64,000 bases of DNA from Paragordius varius (lineage: Eukaryota; Animalia; Nematomorpha): positions 9,052,001-9,116,000 of the forward strand of contig OZ176056.1 in NCBI GenBank assembly GCA_964247055.1, given 5' to 3'. Shown in pieces: positions 12,571 through 25,800 of the stretch. The translations under genes and the position numbers were made by a program. The notes below the pieces were generated by a model. That model saw nothing but the letters and a program-made list of their open reading frames with translations, had not been told where the DNA came from and did no database searches. The stretch's first letter is position 1; each line of letters opens with the position of its first letter.

Positions 12571-15500
12571 TTGAAATTGGATGGTCCAACACGTTCTCCG
12601 GAAAATTGTCTCAAAGACACGATTTTTGTGGACTTATGTTTTCAAAAAAAACCGTTTTTAACACGGGGCGGGCCCGAACTGGGGGCCTATTTCAAAAAAC
12701 GGGCGAAGCTATTGTCGAAGCATTCATTCAAGATTATATTTTTATAATGTTTGGATTTGAATGGGTCTACCGGTCTTCCTGTAGCAGATCACAAAGCCAG
12801 CATTTTCCATTTTTATAAATATATAGATTACCATAAATAATGTTTTATTATCCATATATCTTTTAACATCCTATACATATGATAGATACTCCTTACTCAG
12901 CAGCTATCATCAAAGAAACGCTTGACTAAAATTTTTGCCTTTAAAGATGAATACTAAAAATCCTTTACGAATTTTTACAGTCTTATACCTTGGGCAGAAA
13001 AACAATCAAAAAATTATTTTTGTGGACTTTGTTTTTTTTGAAAAAGGTGGCATTTTACGGGGGGAGCGGGTAAAAAGAAGCCCTAAATCAAAAAAGTGAG
13101 TCGACTATGTTCAGCGCGATCGAAAATAGGAAAATATATTTGAAATTGGATGGTCCAACACGTTCTCCGGAAATTTTCTCAAAGACACGATTTTTGTGGA
13201 CTTATGTTTTCAAAAAAAACCGTTTTTCACACGGGGCGGGCCCGAACTGGGGGCCTATTTCAAAAAACGGGCGAAGCTATTCTCGGGACATTTATTAAAG
13301 ATTATATTTTTTCGATGTTTGGATTTGAATGGGTCTACCGGTTTTCCTGTAGCAGATCACAAAGCCACCATTTTCCATTTTTATAAATATATAGAATACC
13401 ATAAATAATGTTTTATTATCCATATTTAACCCTATACATATGATAGATACTCCTTACTCAGCAGCTATCATCAAAGAAACGTTTGACTAAAACCTTTGCC
13501 TTTTAAGAGGGAATACTAGAAATCCTTATCGAATATTTACAGTCTTATACCTTGGGCTGAAAAACAATCAAAAAATTATTTTTGTGGACTTTGTTTTTTT
13601 TGAAAAAGGTGGCATTTTACGGGGGGAGCGGGTAAAAAGAGGGACTAAGTTAAAAAAGCGAGACGACTATGTTCGGCGCAATCGAAAATAACTAAATAAA
13701 AATCATATTTGAAATTGAATGGTCCAACACGTTCTCCGGAAAATTGTCTCAAAGACACGATTTTTGTGGACGTCTGTTTTCAAAAAAAACCCATTTTTCA
13801 CACGGGGTGGGCCCGAACTGGGGGCCTATTTCAAAAAACGGGCGCAGCTATTGTCAGGGCATTCATTCAAGATTATATTTTTTCGGTTTGGATTTGAATG
13901 GGTCTACCGGTTTTCCTGTAGCAGATCACAAAGCCAGCATTTTCCATTTTTATAAATATATAGATAACCATAAATAATGTTTTATTATCCATATATCTAA
14001 CATCCTATATATATGATAGATACTCCTTACTCAGCAGCTATCATCAAAGAAACGGTGGACTAAAATTTTTGCCTTTTAACAGGGAATATGTGGAATCCAT
14101 ATTGAATTTTTACGGTCTCATAGCTTAGGCAAAAAATCGATTAAAAAAAATATTTTTGTGGACTTTGTTTTCTGAAAAAGGTGGCATTTTACGGGGGGAG
14201 CGGGTAAAAAGAGGCCCTAAATCAAAAAAGTGAGTCGACTATGTTCAGCGCGATCGAAAATAAGAAAATTATATTTGAAATTGGATGGTCCAACACGTTC
14301 TCCGGAAAATTGTCTCAAAGACACGATTTTTGTGGACTTATGTTTTCAAAAAAAACCGTTTTTAACACGGGGCGCGCCCGAACTGGGAGCCTATTTCAAA
14401 AAACGGGCGAAGCTATTGTCGAAGCATTCATTCAAGATTATATTTTTATAATGTTTGGATTTGAATGGGTCTACCGGTCTTCCTGTAGCAGATCACAAAG
14501 CCAGCATTTTCCATTTTTATAAATATATAGATTACCATAAATAATGTTTTATTATCCATATATCTTTTAACATCCTATACATATGATAGATACTCCTTAC
14601 TCAGCAGCTATCATCAAAGAAACGCTTGACTAAAATTTTTGCCTTTTAAGAGGGAACACTAAAAATCCTTTACGAATTTTTACAGTCTCATACCTTGGGC
14701 AGAAAAACAATCAAAAAATTATTTTTGTGGACTTTGTTTTTTTTGAAAAAGGTGGCATTTTACGGTGGGAGCGGGTAAAAAGAGGGACTAAGTTAAAAAA
14801 GCGAGACGACTATGTTCGGCGCAATCGTTAATAACTAAATAAAAATCATATTTGAAATTGAATGGTCCAACACGTTCTCCGGAAAATTGTCTCAAAGACA
14901 CGATTTTTGTGGACGTCTGTTTTCAAAAAAAACCCATTTTTCACATTGGGTGGGCCCGAACTGGTTGTCTATTTCAAAAACGGGCGAAGCTATTGTCGGG
15001 GCATTCATTCAAGATTATATTTTTATAATGTTTGGATTTGAATGGGTACACCGGTTTTTCTGTAGCAGATCCCAAAGCCAGCATTTTCCATTTTTATAAA
15101 TATATAGATTACTATAAATAATGTTTTAATATCCATATTAACATCCTATACATATGATAGATACTCCTTACTCAGCAGCTATCATCAAAGAAACGCTTGA
15201 CTAAAATTTTTGCATTTTAATAGGGAATACTAAAAATCCTTATCGAATTTTTACAGACTTATACCTTGGGCAGAAAAACAATCAAAAAATGATTTTTGTG
15301 GACTTTGTTTTTTGAAAAAGGTGGCATTTTACGGGGGGAGCGGGTAAAAAGAGGGAATAAGTTAAAAATCGAGGCGACTATGTTCGGCGCAATCGAAAAT
15401 AACTAAATAAAATCATATTTGAAATTGAATGGTCCAACACGTTCTCCGGAAAATTGCCTCAATGACACGATTTTTGTGGACGTCTGTTTTCAAAAAAAAC

Positions 15501-17530
15501 CCATTTTTCACATGGGGTGGGCCCGAACTGGGGGTCTATTTCAAAAAACGGGCGAAGCTATTGTCGAGGCATTCATTCAAGATTATATTTTTTCGATGTT
15601 TGGATTTGAATGGGTCTACCGTTTTTCCTGTAGCAGATCACAAAGCCAGCATTTTCCATTTTTATAAATATATAGATTACTATAAATAATGTTTTAATAT
15701 CCATATTAACATCCTATACATATGATAGATACTCCTTACTCAGCAGCTATCATCAAAGAAACGCTTGACTAAAATTTTTGCCTTTTAATAGGGAATACTA
15801 AAAATCCTTATCGAATTTTTACAGACTTATACCTTGGGCAGAAAAACAATCAAAAAATTATTTTTGTGGACTTTGTTTTTTGAAAAAGGTGGCATTTTAC
15901 GGGGGGAGCGGGTAAAAAGAGGCCCTAAATCAATAGAGTTAGTCGACTATGTTCGGCGCGATCGAAAATAAGAAAATTATATTAGAAATTGGATGGTCCA
16001 ACACGTTCTCCGGAAAATTGTCTCAAAGACACGATTTTTGTGGATGTCTGTTTTCAAAAAAAACCCATTTTTCACATGGGGTGGGCCCGAACTGGGGGCT
16101 TATTTCAAAAAACGGGCTAAGCTATTGTCGAGGCATTCATTCAAGATTATATTTTTTCGATCTTTGGATTTGACTGGGTCTACCAGTTTTCCTGTAGCAG
16201 ATCACAAAGCCAGCATTTTCCATTTTTATAAATATATAGATTACTATAAATAATGTTTTATTATCCATATATCTTTTAACATCCTATACATATGATAGAT
16301 ACTCCTTACTCAGCAGCTATCATCAAAGAAACGCTTGACTAAAATTTTTGCCTTTTAATAGGGAATACTAAAATATCGAATTTTTACAGTCTCATACCTT
16401 GGGCAGAAAAACAATCAAAAAATTATTTTTGTGGACTTTGTTTTTTTTGAAAAAGGTGGCATTTTACGTTGGGAGCGGGTAAAAAGAGGGACTAAGTTAA
16501 AAAAGCGAGACGACTATGTTCGGCGCAATCGAAAATAACTAAATCAAAATCATATTTGAAATTGAATGGTCCAACACGTTCTCCGGATAATTCTGTCAAA
16601 GACACGATTTTTGTGGACGTCTGTTTTCAAAAAAAACCGTTTTTCACACGGGGTGGGCCCGAACTCGGGGCCTATTTCAAAATACGGGCGAAGCTATTGT
16701 CGGGGCATTCATTCATGATTATATTTTTTCGATGTTTGGATTTGAATGGGTCTACCGGTTATCCTGTAGCAGATCACAAAGCCAGCATTTTCCATTTTTA
16801 AAATATATAGATTACTATAAATAATGTTTTATTATCCATATATCTAACATCCTATACATATGATAGATACTCCTGACTCAGCAGCTATCATCAAAGAAAT
16901 GCTTGACTAAAATTTTTGCCTTTTAAGAAGGAATACTAAAAATCCTTATCGAATTTTTACAATCTCATACCTTAGGCAGAAAAACAATCAAAAAATTATT
17001 TTTGTGGACTTTGTTTTTTTTGAAAAAGGTGGCATTTTACGGGGGGAGCGGGTAAAAAGAGGGACTAAGTTAAAAAAGCGAGACGACTATGTTCGGCGCA
17101 ATCGAAAATAACTATATCAAAATCATATTTGAAATTGAATGGTCCAACACGTTCTCCGGATAATTCTGTCAAAGACACGATTTTTGTGGACGTCTGTTTT
17201 CAAAAAAAACCGTTTTTCACACGGGGTGGGCCCGAACTCGGGGCCTATTTAAAAAAATGGGCGAAGCTATTGTCGGGGCATTCATTCAAGATTATATTTT
17301 TTCGATGTTTGTATTTGAATGGGTCTACCGGTTTTCCTGTAGCAGATCACAAAGCCAGCATTTTCCATTTTTATAAATATATAGATTACCATAAATAATG
17401 TTTTATTATCCATATATCTTTTAACATCCTATACATATGATAGATAATCCTTACTCAGCAGCTATCATCAAAGAAACGCTTGACTAAAATTTTTGCCTTT
17501 TAAGAGGGAATACTAATAATCCTTATCGAA

Positions 17531-17643
17531 TTTTAACTTAGTCCCTCTTTTTACCCGCTCCCAACGTAAAATGCCACCTTTTTCAAAAAAAATAAAGTCC
17601 ACAAAAATAATTTTTTGAATTTTTTTCTGCCTAAGGTATGAGA
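17531..17643 (-). other. 113 bp micro-inversion within a monomer
   Basis: TTTTAACTTAGTCCCTCTTTTTACCCGCTCCCAACGTAAAATGCCACC...CTGCCTAAGGTATGAGA is the reverse complement of the normal TCTCATACCTTAGGCAG...GGGACTAAGTTAAAA segment. The flanks are in normal orientation. Confidence 0.97.
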
Positions 17644-18270
17644 GACGACTATGTTCGGCGCAATCGAAAACAACTAAATAAAAATCATATTTGAAATTGA
17701 ATGGTCCAACACGTTCTCCGGAAAATTCTCTCAAAGACACGATTTTTGTGGACGTCTGTTTTCAAAAAAAAACCCATTTTTCACATGGGGTGGGCCCGAA
17801 CTGGGGGTCTATTTCAAAAAACTGGCGAAGCTATTGTCGAGGCATTCATTCAAGATTATATTTTTTCGATGTTTGTATATGAATGGGTCTACCGGTTTTC
17901 CTGTAGCAGATCACAAAGCCAGCATTTTCCATTTTTATAAATATATAGATTACCATAAATAATGTTTTATTATCCATATATCTTTTAACATCCTATACAT
18001 ATGATAGATAATCCTTACTCAGCAGCTATCATCAAAGAAACGCTTGACAAAAATTTTTGCCTTTTAATAGGGAATACTAAAAATCCTTATCGAATTTTTA
18101 CAGTCTCATACCTTGGGCAGAAAAACAATCAACAAATTATTTTTGTGCACTTTGTTTTTTTTTGAAAAAGGTGGCATTTTACGGGTGGAGCGGGTAAAAA
18201 GAGGCCCTAAATCAAAAAAGTGAGTCGACTATGTTCGGCGCAATCGAAAATAACTAAATAAAAATTATAT

Positions 18271-21200
18271 TTGAAATTGAATGGTTTAACACGTTCTCCG
18301 GAAAATTCTGTCAAAGACACGATTTTTGTGGACGTCTGTTTTAAAAAAAAACCGTTTTTCACACGGGGTGGGCCCGAACTGGGGGCCTATTTCAAAAAAC
18401 GGGCGAAGCTATTGTCGGGGCATTCATTCATGATTATATTTTTTCGATGTTTGGATTTGAATGGGTCTACCGGTTATCCTGTAGCAGATCACAAAGCCAG
18501 CATTTTCCATTTTTAAAATATATAGATTACTATAAATAATGTTTTATTATCCATATATCTAACATCCTATACATATGATAGATACTCCTGACTCAGCAGC
18601 TATCATCAAAGAAACGCTTGACTAAAATTTTTGCCTTTTAAGAAGGAATACTAAAAATCCTTATCGAATTTTTACAATCTCATACCTTAGGCAGAAAAAC
18701 AATCAAAAAATTATTTTTGTGGACTTTGTTTTTTTTGAAAAAGGTGGCATTTTACGGGGGGAGCGGGTAAAAAGAGGGACTAAGTTAAAAAAGCGAGACG
18801 ACTATGTTCGGCGCAATCGAAAATAACTAAATAAAAATCATATTTGAAATTGAATGGTCCAACACGTTCTCCGGAAAATTCTCTCAAAGACACGATTTTT
18901 GTATACTTCTGTTTTCAAAAAAAACCCCATTTTTCACATGGGGTGGGCTCGAACTGGGGCCTATATCAAAAAACGGGCGAAGCTATTGTCGAGGCATTCA
19001 TTCAATATTATATTTTTTCGATGTTTGGATTTGAATGGGTCTACCGGTTTTATTGTAGCAGATCACAAAGCCAGCGTTTTCCATTTTTATAAATATATGG
19101 ATTACTATAAATAATGTTTTGTTATCCATATATATTTTAACATCCTATACATATGATAGATACTCCTTACTCAGCAGCTATCATCAAAGAAACGCTTGAC
19201 TAAAGTTTTTGCCTTTTAAGAGGGAATACTAAAAATCCTTATCGAATTTTTACAGTCTCATACCTTGGGCAGAAAAACAATCAAAAAATTATTTTTGTGG
19301 ACTTTGTTTTTTTTGAAAAAGGTGGCATTTTACGGGGGGAGCGGGTAAAAAGAGGGACTAAGATAAAAAAGTGAGTCGACTATGTTCAGCACGATCGAAA
19401 ATAAGAAAATTATATTTGAAATTGGATGGTCCAACATGTTCTCCGGAAAATTGTCTCAAAGACACGATTTTTGTGGACGTCTGTTTTCAAAAAAACCCAT
19501 TTTTCACACGGGGTGGGCCCGAACTGGGGGCCTATTTCAAAAAACGGGCGAGCTATTGTCTGGGCATTCATTCAAGATTATATTTTTTCGATGTTTGGAT
19601 TTGAATGGGTCTACCGGTTTTCCTGTAGCAGATCACAAAGCCAGAATTTTCCATTTTTATAAATATATAGATTACTATAAATAATGTTTTATTATCCATA
19701 TATCTTTTAACATCCGATACATATGATAGATACTCCTTACTCAGCAACTATCATCAAAGAAACGGTAGACTAAAATTTTTGCCTTTTAACAGGAAATACG
19801 TGGAATCCTAATTGAATTTTTACGGTCTCATACCTTAGGCAAAAAATCGATTAAAAAAATATTTTTGTGGACGTTGTTTTTTGAAAAAGGTGGCATTTTA
19901 CGGGGGGAGCGGGTAAAAAGAGGCTCTAAATCAAAAAAGTGAGTCGACTATGTTCAGCGCGATCGAAAATAAGAAAATTATATTTGAAATTGGATGGTCC
20001 AACACGTTCTCCGGAAAATTGTCTCAAAGACACGATTTTTGTGGACTTCTGTTTTCAAAAAAAACCGTTTTTCACACGGAGTGAGCCCGAACTGGGGGCC
20101 TATTTCAAAAAACGGGCGAAGCTATTGTCGGGGCATTCATTCAAGATTATATTTTTTCGATGTTTGGATTTGAATGGGTCTACCGGTTTTCCTGTAGCAG
20201 ATCACAAAGCCAGCATTTTCCATTTTTATAAATATATAGATTACTATAAATAATGTTTTATTATCCATATATCTAACATCCTATACATATGATAGATACT
20301 CCTGACTCAGCAGCTATCATCAAAGAAACGCTTGACTAAAATTTTTGCCTCTTAAGAGGGAATACTAAAAATCCTTATCGAATTTTTACAGTCTCATACC
20401 TTGGGCAGAAAAACAATCAACAAATTATTTTTGTGCACTTTGTTTTTTTTTGAAAAAGGTGGCATTTTACGGGTGGAGCGGGTAAAAAGAGGCCCTAAAT
20501 CAAAAAAGTGAGTCGACTATGTTCGGCGCAATCGAAAATAACTAAATAAAAATTATATTTGAAATTGAATGGTTTAACACGTTCTCCGGAAAATTCTGTC
20601 AAAGACACGATTTTTGTGGACGTCTGTTTTAAAAAAAAACCGTTTTTCACACGGGGTGGGCCCGAACTGGGGGATTATTTCAAAAAACGGGCGAAGCTAT
20701 TGTCGGGGCATTCATTCATGATTATATTTTTTCGATGTTTGGATTTGAATGGGTCTACCGGTTATCCTGTAGCAGATCACAAAGCCAGCATTTTCCATTT
20801 TTAAAATATATAGATTACTATAAATAATGTTTTATTATCCATATATCTAACATCCTATACATATGATAGATACTCCTGACTCAGCAGCTATCATCAAAGA
20901 AACGCTTGACTAAAATTTTTGCCTTTTAAGAAGGAATACTAAAAATCCTTATCGAATTTTTACAATCTCATACCTTAGGCAGAAAAACAATCAAAAAATT
21001 ATTTTTGTGGACTTTGTTTTTTTTGAAAAAGGTGGCATTTTACAGGGGGAGCGGGTAAAAAGAGGGACTAAGTTAAAAAAGCGAGACGACTATGTTCGGC
21101 GCAATCGAAAATAACTAAATAAAAATCATATTTGAAATTGAATGGTCCAACACGTTCTCCGGAAAATTCTCTCAAAGACACGATTTTTGTATACTTCTGT

Positions 21201-22800
21201 TTTCAAAAAAAACCCCATTTTTCACATGGGGTGGGCCCGAACTGGGGCCTATATCAAAAAACGGGCGAAGCTATTGTCGAGGCATTCATTCAATATTATA
21301 TTTTTTCGATGTTTGGATTTGAATGGGTCTACCGGTTTTATTGTAGCAGATCACAAAGCCAGCGTTTTCCATTTTTATAAATATATGGATTACTATAAAT
21401 AATGTTTTGTTATCCATATATATTTTAACATCCTATACATATGATAGATACTCCTTACTCAGCAGCTATCATCAAGAAACGCTTGACTAAAGTTTTTGCC
21501 TTTTAAGAGGGAATACTAAAAATCCTTATCGAATTTTTACAGTCTCATACCTTGGGCAGAAAAACAATCAAAAAATTATTTTTGTGGACTTTGTTTTTTT
21601 TGAAAAAGGTGGCATTTTACGGGGGGAGCGGGTAAAAAGAGGGACTAAGATAAAAAAGTGAGTCGACTATGTTCAGCACGATCGAAAATAAGAAAATTAT
21701 ATTTGAAATTGGATGGTCCAACATGTTCTCCGGAAAATTGTCTCAAAGACACGATTTTTGTGGACGTCTGTTTTCAAAAAAACCCATTTTTCACACGGGG
21801 TGGGCCCGAACTGGGGGCCTATTTCAAAAAACGGGCGAGCTATTGTCTGGGCATTCATTCAAGATTATATTTTTTCGATGTTTGGATTTGAATGGGTCTA
21901 CCGGTTTTCCTGTAGCAGATCACAAAGCCAGAATTTTCCATTTTTATAAATATATAGATTACTATAAATAATGTTTTATTATCCATATATCTTTTAACAT
22001 CCGATACATATGATAGATACTCCTTACTCAGCAACTATCATCAAAGAAACGGTAGACTAAAATTTTTGCCTTTTAACAGGAAATACGTGGAATCCTAATT
22101 GAATTTTTACGGTCTCATACCTTAGGCAAAAAATCGATTAAAAAAATATTTTTGTGGACGTTGTTTTTTGAAAAAGGTGGCATTTTACGGGGGGAGCGGG
22201 TAAAAAGAGGCTCTAAATCAAAAAAGTGAGTCGACTATGTTCAGCGCGATCGAAAATAAGAAAATTATATTTGAAATTGGATGGTCCAACACGTTCTCCG
22301 GAAAATTGTCTCAAAGACACGATTTTTGTGGACGTCTGTTTTCAAAAAAAACCATTTTTCACATGGGGTGGGCCCGAACTGGGGGCCTATTTCAAAAAAC
22401 GGGCGAAGCTATTGTCGGGGCATTCATTCATGATTATATTTTTTCGATGTTTGGATTTGAATGGGTCTACCGGTTATCCTGTAGCAGATCACAAAGCCAG
22501 CATTTTTTATTTTCATAAATATATAGATTACTATAAATAATGTTTTGTTATCCATATATCTTTTAACATCCTATACATATGATAGATACTCCTTACTCAG
22601 CAGCTATCATCAAAGAAACCGTGGACTAAAATTTTTGCCTTTTAACAGGGAATACGTGGAATCCATATTGAATTTTTACGGTCTCATACCTTAGGCAAAA
22701 ATAAGATTAAAAAAATATTTTTGTGGACTTTGTTTTTTTTGAAAAAGGTGGCATTTTACGGGGGGAGCGGGTAAAAAGAGGGACTAAGATAAAAAAGTGA
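18271..22800 (+). repeat. Tetramer HOR (period 2287-2288 bp), decaying into rearranged pieces to ~26.8 kb
   Basis: Matched monomers 18271/20559, 18844/21132, 19371/21658, 19939/22226. The same types reappear out of order at 22797, 23410, 23985, 25078, 25696 and 26224. Confidence 0.88.
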
Positions 22801-25800
22801 GTCGACTATGTTCAGCACGATCGAAAATAAGAAAATTATATTTGAAATTGGATGGTCCAACATGTTCTCCGGAAAATTGTCTCAAAGACACGATTTTTGT
22901 GGACGTCTGTTTTCAAAAAAACCCATTTTTCACACGGGGTGGGCCCGAACTGGGGGCCTATTTCAAAAAACGGGCGAGCTATTGTCTGGGCATTCATTCA
23001 AGATTATATTTTTTTGATGTTTGGATTTGAATGGGTCTACCGGTTTTCCTGTAGCAGATCACAAAGCCAGAATTTTCCATTTTTATAAATATATAGATTA
23101 CTATAAATAATGTTTTATTATCCATATATCTTTTAACATCCGATACATATGATAGATACTCCTTACTCAGCAACTATCATCAAAGAAACGGTAGACTAAA
23201 ATTTTTGCCTTTTAACAGGAAATACGTGGAATCCTAATTGAATTTTTACGGTCTCATACCTTAGGCAAAAAATCGATTAAAAAAATATTTTTGTGGACGT
23301 TGTTTTTTGAAAAAGGTGGCATTTTACGGGGGGAGCGGGTAAAAAGAGGCTCTAAATCAAAAAAGTGAGTCGACTATGTTCAGCGCGATCGTAAATAAGA
23401 AAATTATATTTGAAATTGGATGGTCCAACACGTTCTCCGGAAAATTGTCTCAAAGACACGATTTTTGTGGACTTCTGTTTTCAAAAAAAACCGTTTTTCA
23501 CACGGAGTGAGCCCGAACTGGGGGCCTATTTCAAAAAACGGGCGAAGCTATTGTCGGGGCATTCATTCAAGATTATATTTTTTCGATGTTTGGATTTGAA
23601 TGGGTCTACCGGTTTTCCTGTAGCAGATCACAAAGCCAGCATTTTCCATTTTTATAAATATATAGATTACTATAAATAATGTTTTATTATCCATATATCT
23701 AACATCCTATACATATGATAGATACTCCTGACTCAGCAGCTATCATCAAAGAAACGCTTGACTAAAATTTTTGCCTCTTAAGAGGGAATACTAAAAATCC
23801 TTATCGAATTTTTACAGTCTCATACCTTGGGCAGAAAAACAATCAACAAATTATTTTTGTGCACTTTGTTTTTTTTTGAAAAAGGTGGCATTTTACGGGT
23901 GGAGCGGGTAAAAAGAGGCCCTAAATCAAAAAAGTGAGTCGACTATGTTCGGCGCAATCGAAAATAACTAAATAAAAATTATATTTGAAATTGAATGGTT
24001 TAACACGTTCTCCGGAAAATTCTGTCAAAGACACGATTTTTGTGGACGTCTGTTTTAAAAAAAAACCGTTTTTCACACGGGGTGGGCCCGAACTGGGGGC
24101 CTATTTCAAAAAACGGGCGAAGCTATTGTCGGGGCATTCATTCATGATTATATTTTTTCGATGTTTGGATTTGAATGGGTCTACCGGTTATCCTGTAGCA
24201 GATCACAAAGCCAGCATTTTTTATTTTTATAAATATATAGATTACTATAAATAATGTTTTGTTATCCATATATCTTTTAACATCCTATACATATGATAGA
24301 TACTCCTTACTCAGCAGCTATCATCAAAGAAACGGTGGACTAAAATTTTTGCCTTTTAACAGGGAATACGTGGAATCCATATTGAATTTTTACGGTCTCA
24401 TACCTTAGGCAAAAATAAGATTAAAAAAAATATTTTTGTGGACGTTGTTTTTTGAAAAAGGTGGCATTTTACGGGGGGAGCGGGTAAAAAGAGGCTCTAA
24501 ATCAAAAAAGTGAGTCGACTATGTTCAGCGCGATCGAAAATAAGAAAATTATATTTGAAATTGGATGGTCCAACACGTTCTCCGGAAAATTGTCTCAAAG
24601 ACACGATTTTTGTGGACTTCTGTTTTCAAAAAAAACCGTTTTTCACACGGAGTGAGCCCGAACTCGTGCTTATTTCAAAAAACGGGCGAAGCTATTGTCG
24701 GGGCATTCATTCAAGATTATATTTTTTCGATGTTTGTATTTGAATGGGTCTACCGGTTTTCCTGTAGCAAATCACAAAGCCAGCATTTTCCATTTTTATA
24801 AATATATAGATTACTATAAATAATGTTTTATTATCCATATATCTTTTAACATCCGATACATATGATAGATACTCCTTACTCAGCAACTATCATCAAAGAA
24901 ACGGTAGACTAAAATTTTTCCCTTTTAACAGGGAATACGTGGAATCCTAATTGAATTTTTACGGTCTCATACCTTAGGCAAAAAATCGATTAAAAAAATA
25001 TTTTTGTGGACGTTGTTTTTTGAAAAAGGTGGCATTTTACGGGGGGAGCGGGTAAAAAGAGGCTCTAAATCAAAAAAGTGAGTCGACTATGTTCAGCGCG
25101 ATCGAAAATAAGAAAATTATATTTGAAATTGGATGGTCCAACACGTTCTCCGGAAAATTGTCTCAAAGACACGATTTTTGTGGACTTCTGTTTTCAAAAA
25201 AAACCGTTTTTCACACGGAGTGAGCCCGAACTGGGGGCCTATTTCAAAAAACGGGCGAAGCTATTGTCGGGGCATTCATTCAAGATTATATTTTTTCGAT
25301 GTTTGGATTTGAATGGGTCTATTGGTTTTCCTGTAGTAGATCACAAAGCCAGCATTTTCCATTTTTAAAATATATAGATTACTATAAATAATGTTTTATT
25401 ATCCATATATCTAACATCCTATACATATGATAGATACTCCTGACTCAGCAGCTATCATCAAAGAAACGCTTGACTAAAATTTTTGCCTTTTAAGAAGGAA
25501 TACTAAAAATCCTTATCGAATTTTTACAATCTCATACCTTAGGCAGAAAAACAATCAAAAAATTATTTTTGTGGACTTTGTTTTTTTTGAAAAAGGTGGC
25601 ATTTTACGGGGGGAGCGGGTAAAAAGAGGGACTAAGTTAAAAAAGCGAGACGACTATGTTCGGCGCAATCGAAAATAACTAAATAAAAATCATATTTGAA
25701 ATTGAATGGTCCAACACGTTCTCCGGAAAATTCTCTCAAAGACACGATTTTTGTATACTTCTGTTTTCAAAAAAAACCCCATTTTTCACATGGGGTGGGC

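Larger units (their letters stand above)
400..19350 (+). repeat. Large block duplication, copy 1 (counterpart 42740-63290)
   Basis: Rare variants recur in the same order at offsets of 41.76-42.84 kb. Examples: AAAGATGGC 423/42761; ATACTTATCGTATTTACAG 911/43251; CTGTTGTTTTC ~10365/~53190; TACTAAAATATCGAA ~16365/~58622; micro-inversion 17531/60366. End points are approximate. Confidence 0.9.

Noticed and set aside
17513-17740. Minus-strand ORFs at 17513, 60348, 62063 (and 38149, 39269)
   Set aside because: The first three exist only because the micro-inversion removes stop codons; the others are chance open frames. Not genes, although they do flag the inversion.
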